Shown here piece by piece: positions 8,247 to 17,501 of a stretch of 34,804 bases of DNA. Source of the DNA: Candidatus Tenderia sp. (GTDB lineage: Bacteria > Pseudomonadota > Gammaproteobacteria > Tenderiales > Tenderiaceae). The stretch lies in assembly GCA_031416075.1 (NCBI GenBank), contig JANOSY010000004.1:1-34804 (forward strand). The letters run 5' to 3'. A program made the position numbers and the translations under genes. The notes beneath the pieces were generated by a model. It saw nothing but the letters and a program-made list of their open reading frames with translations. It ran no database searches and was not told the origin of the DNA. Every line of letters begins with the position of its first letter. The first letter of the stretch is position 1.

Positions 8247-10250
8247 TTAGCGTTGTTCTATTTCAGAGACCTTAAATTTAGACACCCCGCCCTGCAACAT
8301 ACGTGCTGCATCATTCAGATGGTCAATCGATGAATGAGACTGACGCAATGATTCAACAGTCTGTTGAGCCGACTCACTTAACGAGACTATGGCATGTTTA
8401 ATTTGATCTGCCCCCTGTGATTGGAACTGCATCCCTTCATGGACACTTTCAAAACGCGGTGTTAGTGCTTGGACCTGATTTATAATTTGAGTAAGCTGGG
8501 CGCTGATCAAACTCACCTCATCAACACTGAGACGTACCTCTTCTGTAAATTTCTCAACACTCATCACCCCCGCTGTTACTGCAGACTGCATCTCTTTAAC
8601 CATTTGCTCTATATCCCATGTCGCCACCGCCGTTTGATCTGCCAATCGACGAATTTCTGTGGCTACTACAGAGAACCCAAGACCATATTCGCCGGCCTTT
8701 TCAGCTTCTATTGCCGCATTTAATGACAATAAATTGGTCTGATCTGCAACTTTGGTAATGGTGGTAACGACAGTATTGATATTACTTGCCTTCTCATTCA
8801 ATACTTCAAGTTTCGCTGCTATAGATGATGATGCTTCAACTACCTGATGCATAGTCAAGCCCATTTTTTTCAGCCCGGCCTGACCAGACTCCGCCGACCC
8901 TGCTGTACTTTCGGCCACCTTGGCTACCTCATCCATTGTTTTGACCAGCTCCTTGGCTGTCGCAGATATCTCTGTAGCTGTTGTGACCACCTCATTGACT
9001 GTGGCAGCCTGCTCTGCAACGGTCGCTTCCTGTTCCTTTGCTGTTGCTGCTATATGTGTCGCCGAAGATGTCACTTGAATGCCAGAGCGCTGTACCTGCG
9101 CCACCAGGAAGTTCAAGCTATCGATCATCGATTGAACACCACGTCCTAGCTGTCCTATTTCATCATTTCCGGCAACATGTAATTTTACTGTTAAGTCGCC
9201 TTCAGCGGCCTTAGTCACTGCACCAAGGATCTCATCTACTTTGGTTCGTAACTCCTCAACAGTATGCCGCCGCTCCTCTACCATTTTATTCAGATTGTCG
9301 ATCATGATCTGAAGTCCATGAGCAAGCTCACCAATAGCGCCATCATCAGTGAAGTTAACTTTTCCTGTCAAATCACCACTGGCTGCTTTATTAACAATCT
9401 CCAGCAGGCTATCTACTTTATGCCGCAAATATTCTGCCGCTTCATGTTCACGTTCAGTGCTCGCATTTACTTTATCGGCCATGGCATTAAAAGCCATTCC
9501 CACACGTCCCACCTCATCGGAGTTGGTAACTTTAAAACGGACATTGTTGTCACCCTGGGTACGCTGTGTAACAACATTCATCAAACCACCAATAGGCGAT
9601 GAGATCCAGCGGCGGGTAAATAAATTAGTAACGATCAACCCAATAATAAGAAAAAAGAGATTTATGCCTGCTTCAAGCAACATGTCATTCCTGACTGTTT
9701 TGTCCATTTCAGAGAGGGAGTAGCTGATACGAATACCACCATTAATGGCGCCGTTCTCTACGTTATGGCATTGAAGACAGTTAACACCTCGGGTATTTTC
9801 TGTTGCTCTAAATGGTGTCAGCACGGTCAAGACTCGCCCTTGCGGGGTATCACTGACCTCTTTAATCTCTTCGCCACGCAAAACTCGATGATCCAGCTCA
9901 TCAATGGGCTGCTCAAAATCAAAGCCGGGACCAAACTGCTGCTTAACGGGTTCACCGCGAATGACACGTGCATCAAGCACTTGAGCACGGCGCAACATCT
10001 TATCCTGAAGTATTTTTCTCTGTGCCATTGTGCCGGTCAGCATCATAGTATTGAGGCCATCAAAATAGAGTGTTGCCATGTCCTGGGTGCGGTCGGTCGC
10101 CTCTTCAAGCACTCTGTTGCTATTCTGGATAAACATATACCCCGTCACAATGGTGATGACTGCCAGAAACACCATGCCAACAATTAAATTCATCTTTGTT
10201 GGAATGGATAAGGCACCTAAAAACGAGTGAGTTTTCTCTGTCTCTGTCAT
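8247..10250 (-). CDS. wspA: WspA-type methyl-accepting chemoreceptor with periplasmic CxxCH heme c sensor domain and three HAMP domains
   Basis: Two TM helices flank a periplasmic domain containing NCLQCH. Three HAMP-like repeats follow. The signalling hairpin DQTNLLSLNAAIEAEKAGEYGLGFSVVATEIRRLADQTAVATWDIEQMV is characteristic of WspA. Confidence 0.88.
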   Translation of the reverse strand: MTETEKTHSFLGALSIPTKMNLIVGMVFLAVITIVTGYMFIQNSNRVLEEATDRTQDMATLYFDGLNTMMLTGTMAQRKILQDKMLRRAQVLDARVIRGEPVKQQFGPGFDFEQPIDELDHRVLRGEEIKEVSDTPQGRVLTVLTPFRATENTRGVNCLQCHNVENGAINGGIRISYSLSEMDKTVRNDMLLEAGINLFFLIIGLIVTNLFTRRWISSPIGGLMNVVTQRTQGDNNVRFKVTNSDEVGRVGMAFNAMADKVNASTEREHEAAEYLRHKVDSLLEIVNKAASGDLTGKVNFTDDGAIGELAHGLQIMIDNLNKMVEERRHTVEELRTKVDEILGAVTKAAEGDLTVKLHVAGNDEIGQLGRGVQSMIDSLNFLVAQVQRSGIQVTSSATHIAATAKEQEATVAEQAATVNEVVTTATEISATAKELVKTMDEVAKVAESTAGSAESGQAGLKKMGLTMHQVVEASSSIAAKLEVLNEKASNINTVVTTITKVADQTNLLSLNAAIEAEKAGEYGLGFSVVATEIRRLADQTAVATWDIEQMVKEMQSAVTAGVMSVEKFTEEVRLSVDEVSLISAQLTQIINQVQALTPRFESVHEGMQFQSQGADQIKHAIVSLSESAQQTVESLRQSHSSIDHLNDAARMLQGGVSKFKVSEIEQR

Positions 10251-10382
10251 AGCATTTTCTCTTTAAATATTGTTTCCATTTGAATGGATACCGCGTATCA
10301 CTGCCTCATTGCTGCTATCCCACAACAATTACCATTCAATATCTGTCCCTTTTATTCTGGCACATCTATGAATCTTGTCCTG

Positions 10383-10409
10383 TAAGCGGCAATCAGCACT
10401 AAAACTTTA
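10383..10409 (-). promoter_or_regulatory. Putative sigma-28 (FliA) promoter of the wsp operon
   Basis: The minus strand reads TAAAGTTT-N11-GCCGCTTA against the consensus TAAAGTTT-N11-GCCGATAA. It lies about 130 bp upstream of the wspA ATG in the correct orientation. Confidence 0.6.
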
Positions 10410-10716
10410 GTGTGTAACCACATTCAAAGTTGGCTATAGGAGGGGGGGATTTTTATGATACGCAACTTCAAACAATGGACAAGAAGTACCCTATATACAA
10501 ATAGATACAGGACACCCGAAGCATTTATGCATGAGCGATTCGTATTATGGCGCCATAGAAAAACAGCAACCAAGCTGGAGGGGCTAGAGGCCCCTCTTGA
10601 AACATGAGAACTGGAAAGAAAACTCCACAAAGGATTTTGATGGGGTGATAGACCAACCGTTGCGGTCAGACTCAGTAAAACATTAAAAAATTCTTGATAT
10701 TTACAGGGGTGAAGTT

Positions 10717-11646
10717 CTATTCATCTGTATACCCTAGGCTCCGCAATGCCCGTTCGTCAGCCGACCACCCCTCCTTAACCTTCACCCAGAGCTGTAAAAA
10801 CACCTTCTGCTCAAGTATATTTTCCAGGTCCTGCCGGGCCTCCTGTCCCACTTTTTTCAGCCCTTGGCCACCCTTGCCAATAACAATTGCCTTCTGGCCA
10901 TCACGTTCAACCCAAATAAGTGCGGCAATATTAACAATGCCATCACCAATCTCATACGATTCAATCTCCACTGTCATCTCATACGGTAGCTCCTGTCCCA
11001 ATTGGCGGGTCAGTTTTTCACGCACAATCTCAGCGGCAAGAAAACGCATGCTACGATCAGTGATCTGATCCTCAGGGAACTGTGCCGGACCATAAGGCAT
11101 CAATTTTGCAACTTCCGCCTCCAATAGATCAACACTCTCACCACTTTTGGCCGAGAGCGGTATCACCGTATGAAACTCCATGCGTTGAGAGACCTTGGCT
11201 AAATGAGGCAAAAGTTGCTCCGGCTGCAAACGATCAATCTGGTTCACAACCAAAATCACCGGCGCACCCCCATGCCTCACCCGCTCCAGCACTAACTCAT
11301 CTTCATCCGTCCATTTTGTACCTGCCACCACAAACAGTACGACATCAACACCTTGCAACGCCGTGGTGGCGGCCTGGTTTAAATAACGATTCATCGCCTT
11401 GCCACCCGGCTTGTGCAACCCCGGCGTATCCACGTAGATCACTTGACACTCAGTGGTGGTATGAATACCGTGTATGCGATGACGGGTAGTCTGGGGGCGT
11501 CGAGAAGTAATGCTAATCTTCTGGCCAAGAATACGATTCATTAGCGTTGACTTGCCTACATTAGGACGCCCGACAATCGCAGCAAATCCACAGCGAAAAT
11601 TATCGGGGCTGTTTTGATCAGACTCAGTCACTATCATTTTATCCAT
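10717..11646 (-). CDS. era: GTPase Era
   Basis: GRPNVGKST, PQTTRH, DTPG, KH domain (IVIGKGG) and LWVKVK motifs. Directly follows rnc. Confidence 0.97.
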   Translation of the reverse strand: MDKMIVTESDQNSPDNFRCGFAAIVGRPNVGKSTLMNRILGQKISITSRRPQTTRHRIHGIHTTTECQVIYVDTPGLHKPGGKAMNRYLNQAATTALQGVDVVLFVVAGTKWTDEDELVLERVRHGGAPVILVVNQIDRLQPEQLLPHLAKVSQRMEFHTVIPLSAKSGESVDLLEAEVAKLMPYGPAQFPEDQITDRSMRFLAAEIVREKLTRQLGQELPYEMTVEIESYEIGDGIVNIAALIWVERDGQKAIVIGKGGQGLKKVGQEARQDLENILEQKVFLQLWVKVKEGWSADERALRSLGYTDE

Positions 11647-12340
11647 TTGGGACGGAGCGATCAGCCGCTTCCGACAATATTTTCAACATCTTCTTCGCAG
11701 CACTCTGCTCTGCCTTACGACGACTACTACCATGACCAGGGATACGCTCTTTCAGCATTTCAGCCATACACTCAACGTAAAAAGTTTGATTATGGGCATC
11801 CCCTTCAACCTTAACCAACTCATAAGATGGCAAAGGTAATTTACGTGATTGCAAAAACTCCTGCAGACGGGTTTTGGGATCTTTAAGCTCATCTTCTGGA
11901 GAGATACTATCGAGACGTTTTTGATAAAGTACCAATATCAACTCACTCGCAGAACTGTAACCACCGTCTAAATAAGCCGCACCAATCAACGCCTCAACCG
12001 CACAGGCTAAGATTGAGCCTCGGCGAAAACCACCGCTCTTCAGCTCACCTGAGCCAAGGCGCACGTAATCGCCTAAAGAGAGTTCCTTGCCAATATCTGC
12101 AAGGCTATCCCCTTTCACCAACGTGGCACGCAACCGGGTCAGCTCCCCTTCACTCGCCGCTGGAAAACGGTTATACAACGCCTCGGCAATCACACAGCCA
12201 AGCACCGCGTCCCCTAAAAACTCCAAGCGTTCATTATTACGATGGCCAACGCTACGATGGGTCAGGGCCTGTTCAACCAAGCTGGCATCATTAAAATGGT
12301 AATTAAGTCGCTTCAACAACCTATCAAGCGGAGGGTTCAA
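11639..12340 (-). CDS. rnc: Ribonuclease III
   Basis: NERLEFLGDAVL signature and dsRBD (KDPKTRLQE...SRRKAEQ). Confidence 0.97.
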   Translation of the reverse strand: MNPPLDRLLKRLNYHFNDASLVEQALTHRSVGHRNNERLEFLGDAVLGCVIAEALYNRFPAASEGELTRLRATLVKGDSLADIGKELSLGDYVRLGSGELKSGGFRRGSILACAVEALIGAAYLDGGYSSASELILVLYQKRLDSISPEDELKDPKTRLQEFLQSRKLPLPSYELVKVEGDAHNQTFYVECMAEMLKERIPGHGSSRRKAEQSAAKKMLKILSEAADRSVPNG

Positions 12341-12347
12341 ACAGCCA

Positions 12348-12722
12348 TTACCTCAACTCAACCGAGTTGTTATTAAATTTAACCACAGCATCCACATTGG
12401 CAAACATTGGCACCCGCGCCTCGTAATCGATGCTAACCGTGCGGCCAGTAGATGTTTTTGTAATCAGAATATCCTTTTCCGTGACAAAATCGACATCATC
12501 AACGTCGAGTTTTTTCAAGATCAAGCCCTTGACCTCTTTATCACTGATGCCTTCAGCACGGTTATCTGAAGCCAGATTCTTTAACGCCGCCTCCACCTTA
12601 AAGTGGGCAAAGTACGTTGGCACCAGTTTGGCAACAATCATAAATATAAAGCCGACCATAACAAAAATCACCAACATACTGATGGCTGTCATACCACGCT
12701 GTGACTTTAATGTATTGGACAT
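12348..12722 (-). CDS. DUF4845-family small membrane protein
   Basis: Pilin-like N-terminus QRGMT plus one TM helix, and a C-terminal YEARVPMFANVDAVVKF. Conserved position between lepB and rnc. AGGAG RBS precedes ATG 12722. Confidence 0.8.
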   Translation of the reverse strand: MSNTLKSQRGMTAISMLVIFVMVGFIFMIVAKLVPTYFAHFKVEAALKNLASDNRAEGISDKEVKGLILKKLDVDDVDFVTEKDILITKTSTGRTVSIDYEARVPMFANVDAVVKFNNNSVELR

Positions 12723-12751
12723 ATCATCTCTCCTCTGCACCCGGTTCAATT

Positions 12752-13570
12752 CTAACGAATCATATTACCAACACGCTCCCAAGAGATCCGGTTATCCACA
12801 CTATCCCAGTTCATCCAGATCATAAAGGCACGCCCAACCAGATTCTCCTCTGGCACAAATCCCCAGTAACGGCTGTCATTACTGTTGTCACGGTTATCGC
12901 CCATGACAAAGTAGTGTCCAGCAGGCACCCTAAACTCACCTTCAATGGTAGGCTTTCCATTCATCACTAAAATGTCATGCTCTCCATCGCTTAGCTGCTC
13001 CTTACGCAGTTCTGCCCCCGCCAGAAACCCGGCTCCATTAGCAGAATAGGTGCCCACTAATTGTTGTCGGGCGACTTGGCCATTTACATAAACTTGTCGG
13101 CCATAATAAGTGATGGTATCTCCAGGCAGCCCCACAACACGCTTAATATAATCGACCGCTGGATCATTAGGGTAACGAAAAACAACCACATCACCACGGG
13201 CGGGTTCCCCCAATGATATGACCTTGGTATTAACAGCCGGGAGACGAATACCATAAGTAAACTTATTAACCAGTATGAAATCTCCCGACAGCAGTGTAGG
13301 CATCATTGAGCCTGACGGGATGCGAAACGGCTCAACCAGAAACGAACGCAGTATCAAAACCACCAAAATCACGGGGAAGAATGAGCGAGCATACTCAACC
13401 AATATCGGTTCACGATAACTGTTATCGATAACGTCAGCTCCGGCCCCCTCGGCCTTAAGCCTTGCCAAACCAACCGCTCTTTTTGGCTTCCAGAGCAGGG
13501 AGTCAACCCCCCAGATCAGCCCTGTCACAAACACCGCTGACACCATTACTGTTGCAAAATCAAAGCTCAT
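12752..13570 (-). CDS. lepB: Signal peptidase I
   Basis: EPFRIPSGSMMPTL (catalytic Ser), YIKRVVGLPGD (Lys) and MGDNRDNSNDSRYWG. Confidence 0.97.
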   Translation of the reverse strand: MSFDFATVMVSAVFVTGLIWGVDSLLWKPKRAVGLARLKAEGAGADVIDNSYREPILVEYARSFFPVILVVLILRSFLVEPFRIPSGSMMPTLLSGDFILVNKFTYGIRLPAVNTKVISLGEPARGDVVVFRYPNDPAVDYIKRVVGLPGDTITYYGRQVYVNGQVARQQLVGTYSANGAGFLAGAELRKEQLSDGEHDILVMNGKPTIEGEFRVPAGHYFVMGDNRDNSNDSRYWGFVPEENLVGRAFMIWMNWDSVDNRISWERVGNMIR

Positions 13571-15364
13571 CTATTTTTTACCTACGTCCAGTACCGCCAG
13601 GAAGGCTTCCTGAGGGATCTCCACTTTACCGACCATTTTCATCCGTTTTTTACCCGCCTTCTGTTTTTCCAACAACTTGCGTTTACGGCTGGCATCGCCA
13701 CCATAACACTTGGCAAGTACGTTTTTGCGTAGCGCTTTAATGGTGCTGCGGGAGATAATTTTGTTGCCAATGGCCGCCTGGATGGCGACATCAAACATCT
13801 GCCGCGGGATTACCTCTTTCATCCGCTCGACCAGAGCACGTCCCTGAAACTCAACTTTATCGCGATGCACGATGACCGCCAGTGCATCTACAGTCTCGCC
13901 GCTGATCATGATGTCAAGTTTCACCAAATCAGCATACTGGTAACGTTTAAACTCATAGTCGAGTGAGGCATAGCCACGCGAAACCGATTTAAGCTTGTCG
14001 AAGAAGTCGAGCACCACCTCATTTAGTGGCAGTTCATAGGTCAGCGATACCTGACTGCCGACATAGAGCATGTTCTTCTGTACACCGCGCTTTTCAATGC
14101 AGAGACCAATCACGTTGCCAAGATACTCCTGCGGCATCAGCAGATGGGCTTCGATAATCGGCTCACGAATTTCGGCAATGTAGTTGGCGGCGGGCAGATT
14201 GGCAGGGTTGTCGACCAGCAGAATCTCGCCCTTGGTGGTCACCACCTCATAGATTACCGTCGGCGCGGTGGTGATGAGATCGAGATCATATTCACGCTCC
14301 AGCCGCTCCTGCACAATTTCCATATGTAACATGCCGAGGAAGCCGCAACGGAAACCGAATCCCAGCGCCTGCGAGGTCTCCGGCTCGTAAAAAAGCGCCG
14401 AGTCATTGAGCCGCAGCTTGGAGAGTGCATCACGCATATCCTCGTAATCTTCCGAAGAGGTCGGAAAGAGTCCGGCAAACACACGCGGCTGTACCTGTTT
14501 AAAGCCGGGTAGCTGTTGCGTAGAGGGGCGATCCGCACGTGTGATGGTATCGCCAACCGGGGCACCGTCGATCTCCTTAATGCCAGCGATGATAAAACCG
14601 ACCTCACCCGCCTTTAGCTCTGCGGTATCTACTCGCTTAGGCGTGAAGATACCCACATGATCAACCAGATGATGACGCCCGGTTGACATCACCAAAATTT
14701 TATCCTTTTTACGCAGGGTGCCGTTTTTGACCCGTACCAACGAGACAACACCCACATAGTTATCAAACCAGGAGTCGATGATCAGCGCCTGCAGTGGCGC
14801 ATCAGGGTCACCTTCCGGTGGTGGAATGCGCTTGACAATCTCCTCCAGCAGTTCAGCCACCCCTAGGCCGCTCTTGGCACTGACACGCGGGGCATCAATG
14901 GCACCAACACCGATGATATCCTCGATCTGATGAATCACCCGTTCAGGGTCCGCAGAAGGCAGGTCTATTTTATTCAGCACCGGCATCACCTCCAGCCCCT
15001 GTTCAATGGCGGTGTAGCAGTTAGCCACGCTCTGTGCCTCGACCCCTTGCGAAGCATCCACCACCAGCAATGCCCCTTCGCAGGCGGCTAATGAGCGGGA
15101 GACCTCATAAGAGAAGTCAACATGGCCGGGGGTGTCGATGAAGTTGAGCTGATAGACCTGACCATCGCTGGCCGTATAGGGCAGGGTCACGCTTTGAGCC
15201 TTGATGGTGATACCACGTTCGCGTTCGATATCCATAGAGTCCAGCACCTGAGCCTCCATGTCGCGATCAGCAAGCCCCCCGCACATCTGGATGAAGCGGT
15301 CGGCCAGCGTCGATTTACCGTGGTCAATATGGGCAATAATAGAAAAATTTCGAATATGCTTCAT
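13571..15364 (-). CDS. lepA: Elongation factor 4 (LepA)
   Basis: [31 protein letters not shown] and [14 protein letters not shown] motifs. Confidence 0.98.
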   Translation of the reverse strand: MKHIRNFSIIAHIDHGKSTLADRFIQMCGGLADRDMEAQVLDSMDIERERGITIKAQSVTLPYTASDGQVYQLNFIDTPGHVDFSYEVSRSLAACEGALLVVDASQGVEAQSVANCYTAIEQGLEVMPVLNKIDLPSADPERVIHQIEDIIGVGAIDAPRVSAKSGLGVAELLEEIVKRIPPPEGDPDAPLQALIIDSWFDNYVGVVSLVRVKNGTLRKKDKILVMSTGRHHLVDHVGIFTPKRVDTAELKAGEVGFIIAGIKEIDGAPVGDTITRADRPSTQQLPGFKQVQPRVFAGLFPTSSEDYEDMRDALSKLRLNDSALFYEPETSQALGFGFRCGFLGMLHMEIVQERLEREYDLDLITTAPTVIYEVVTTKGEILLVDNPANLPAANYIAEIREPIIEAHLLMPQEYLGNVIGLCIEKRGVQKNMLYVGSQVSLTYELPLNEVVLDFFDKLKSVSRGYASLDYEFKRYQYADLVKLDIMISGETVDALAVIVHRDKVEFQGRALVERMKEVIPRQMFDVAIQAAIGNKIISRSTIKALRKNVLAKCYGGDASRKRKLLEKQKAGKKRMKMVGKVEIPQEAFLAVLDVGKK

Positions 15365-15460
15365 TCAGGCTCTTTAGTGACTACATCAGGACAATAACCA
15401 TTATGGCATTGATTTTTGGGCGCAAGTCTAACGAATTTCAGGCCCGACTGAAATCCCTGT

Positions 15461-15495
15461 AAAAAAACAGGGAGCTGTCAATCAGCCCCCTGTTT
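15461..15495 (-). terminator. Rho-independent terminator after mucD/degP
   Basis: The minus strand reads AAACAGGGGGCTG-ATTGA-CAGCTCCCTGTTTTTTT, a GC-rich stem followed by a U-tract just after the stop codon. Confidence 0.75.
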
Positions 15496-15516
15496 ATTCA
15501 AGCCCCAATAAAATCG

Positions 15517-16971
15517 TTATTTTTCAGGGACTTTAAGCGCAAGAAAGACTGCGCCATCACGCCTTTGTAACAACACCGCCACTGGTTTGCCAACAGGCAG
15601 ACTGGCCACCAGATCACGAAACTGCTTAGTATCAGTGATTTTTACATTGTTCATCATCATCAATACATCACCTTCGCGGATACCCGCATCACGGGCAGCC
15701 CCCTCCTTAATCTGAGTGACCAACACCCCCTGCTTTTCCGGCAATGCCAGCGCTTTACGCTGTTCTGCGGTCAAGTTGTCGACGCGGACTTTAATGCGCC
15801 CCTCCTCAATACCGCCGCCTTTTGAGTCGGTGCTAGCATTCGCCAACGCATCCTCAGTCGGCAGTTCACCAATCGTCACCATCAATATCTGTGGTTTGCC
15901 ATCACGCATCACCTTGATTTTCACAGGCTTATTAATAGGCGTCACCCCAACCATCGGTGGCAGAGCCGCCGACGTTGTCACATTGCGACCATTAAACTCA
16001 ACGATCACATCACCTGCCTTTAACTTGGCCTTCTCCGCAGGGCTGTCCGGCAATACCTGAGATACCAAGGCCCCCTCAGGTTTATCCATACCAAAAGATT
16101 GTGCCAGTTCACGTGTCACATCTTGAATCAAAACACCCAACCAACCACGGCTGACCTGACCACCATTTTTAATCTGCTCTACCACATCCATTGCCAAATC
16201 AATCGGGATTGTAAATGAGAGTCCCATAAATCCCCCGGTACGGCTGTATATCTGGGAGTTGATGCCCACCACCTGACCATCGAGATTAAACAACGGACCA
16301 CCCGAGTTGCCCGGGTTAATCGCCACATCGGTCTGAATAAACGGCACATAATTTTCGTTAGGCAGATTACGCCCCAAGGCACTTACAATCCCCGCCGTTA
16401 CGGTGTGGTCAAAATCAAAAGGCGACCCAATCGCCAACACCCATTCCCCCACCTTCAGCTTTTTAGAGTCACCTATCTTTACCACAGGCAGATCCGTAGC
16501 GTTAACCTTCAGCAACGCCACATCGCTACGTTTATCACTGCCGACCAGCTTAGCCTCCAGCTCACGGCGGTCACTCAACCGGACGATAATCTCATCGGCC
16601 TCACTAACTACATGATTATTAGTAAGGATGTACCCGTCCTTAGAGATAATAAAACCCGATCCAAGAGAACGCCCATCATCAGGCTCTCCATCAGGGGCCT
16701 GATCAAAAAAGCGTCGCAGCAGTTCATCAAAAGGGGCCCCCTCTGGCATACCGGGGACACGCCCCCCATGAGGACTATTACCACGCTTTGGTTGGGACTT
16801 AACGTTCTGAGTAGTGCTGATATTGACCACAGCAGCACTGGTGGCATCAACCACACGGGTAAAGTCAGGCAGTTGTGCCGAAACGGCAGCGCGCACAGGT
16901 AACGTCGTCGCAGATAACATGACCGACAAAACTAACGTCACCGCCATTGAATTCCATTTTAGACTCAACAC
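15517..16971 (-). CDS. mucD: DegP/DegQ-family periplasmic serine endoprotease with two PDZ domains (MucD-like)
   Basis: Signal peptide, catalytic triad motifs TNNHVV, SDVALLK and INPGNSGGPL, and two PDZ domains. Follows rseC. Confidence 0.9.
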   Translation of the reverse strand: MLSLKWNSMAVTLVLSVMLSATTLPVRAAVSAQLPDFTRVVDATSAAVVNISTTQNVKSQPKRGNSPHGGRVPGMPEGAPFDELLRRFFDQAPDGEPDDGRSLGSGFIISKDGYILTNNHVVSEADEIIVRLSDRRELEAKLVGSDKRSDVALLKVNATDLPVVKIGDSKKLKVGEWVLAIGSPFDFDHTVTAGIVSALGRNLPNENYVPFIQTDVAINPGNSGGPLFNLDGQVVGINSQIYSRTGGFMGLSFTIPIDLAMDVVEQIKNGGQVSRGWLGVLIQDVTRELAQSFGMDKPEGALVSQVLPDSPAEKAKLKAGDVIVEFNGRNVTTSAALPPMVGVTPINKPVKIKVMRDGKPQILMVTIGELPTEDALANASTDSKGGGIEEGRIKVRVDNLTAEQRKALALPEKQGVLVTQIKEGAARDAGIREGDVLMMMNNVKITDTKQFRDLVASLPVGKPVAVLLQRRDGAVFLALKVPEK

Positions 16972-17013
16972 ATGACCTCCTTAAATACTGTACAAAACGA
17001 TAGGGAATTAAAC

Positions 17014-17499
17014 TTAGAAAGGCTGAAGTCGCGTCAACGGCTTAGCAACAACCGGGCTACGACGTAAAATAACAGGCTGGTAACGGCTATCATCCGCAAT
17101 ACGAAGAGAGAACCGTCTAACCCACAAAAAACCAATAGCAAGACCTACAAAGCCAAACATCACCGTTAGCCCCTCATTAGACGCTAACTGCAGCTCCGTA
17201 CCAAGCAAATCACCCAACATAGCCATCAACAGCAGCGCCACAATGGGGACCACATAAACAGCCAGCGACCCGCGCACCAGCGCCTGATCATGCAGACCGA
17301 TAACAATCTCATCACCAACCTTCGCGTCAATGGCATTGATTGCCCGAACCCGGCTCATACGCTGCCCCACCACTTTGGCAACCACGCCCGTACCACACCC
17401 TTTATTCGCGGCACACGAGCCGCAGGTGCTGGTACGCCGAGTCTCAACCCAGGCAAAACCAGACTCAACCGACACCACACTAGCCCGCTCTTCAATCAT
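17014..17499 (-). CDS. rseC: RseC/MucC family protein
   Basis: CGSCAANKGCG cysteine motif, two TM helices and a C-terminal QPVI. Position in the rpoE operon. Confidence 0.9.
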   Translation of the reverse strand: MIEERASVVSVESGFAWVETRRTSTCGSCAANKGCGTGVVAKVVGQRMSRVRAINAIDAKVGDEIVIGLHDQALVRGSLAVYVVPIVALLLMAMLGDLLGTELQLASNEGLTVMFGFVGLAIGFLWVRRFSLRIADDSRYQPVILRRSPVVAKPLTRLQPF

Positions 17500-17501
17500 A
17501 T

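Noticed and set aside
10424-10630. 68-aa ORF between era and wspA as a possible recO remnant or small gene
   Set aside because: No RecO motifs, no clear RBS, and low-information sequence.
10251-10716. Possible c-di-GMP riboswitch in the wspA leader
   Set aside because: No GEMM-like GCAAA...GAAA...GACGCAAAG pattern is visible, only short hairpins near 10275-10299. An Rfam scan would be decisive.
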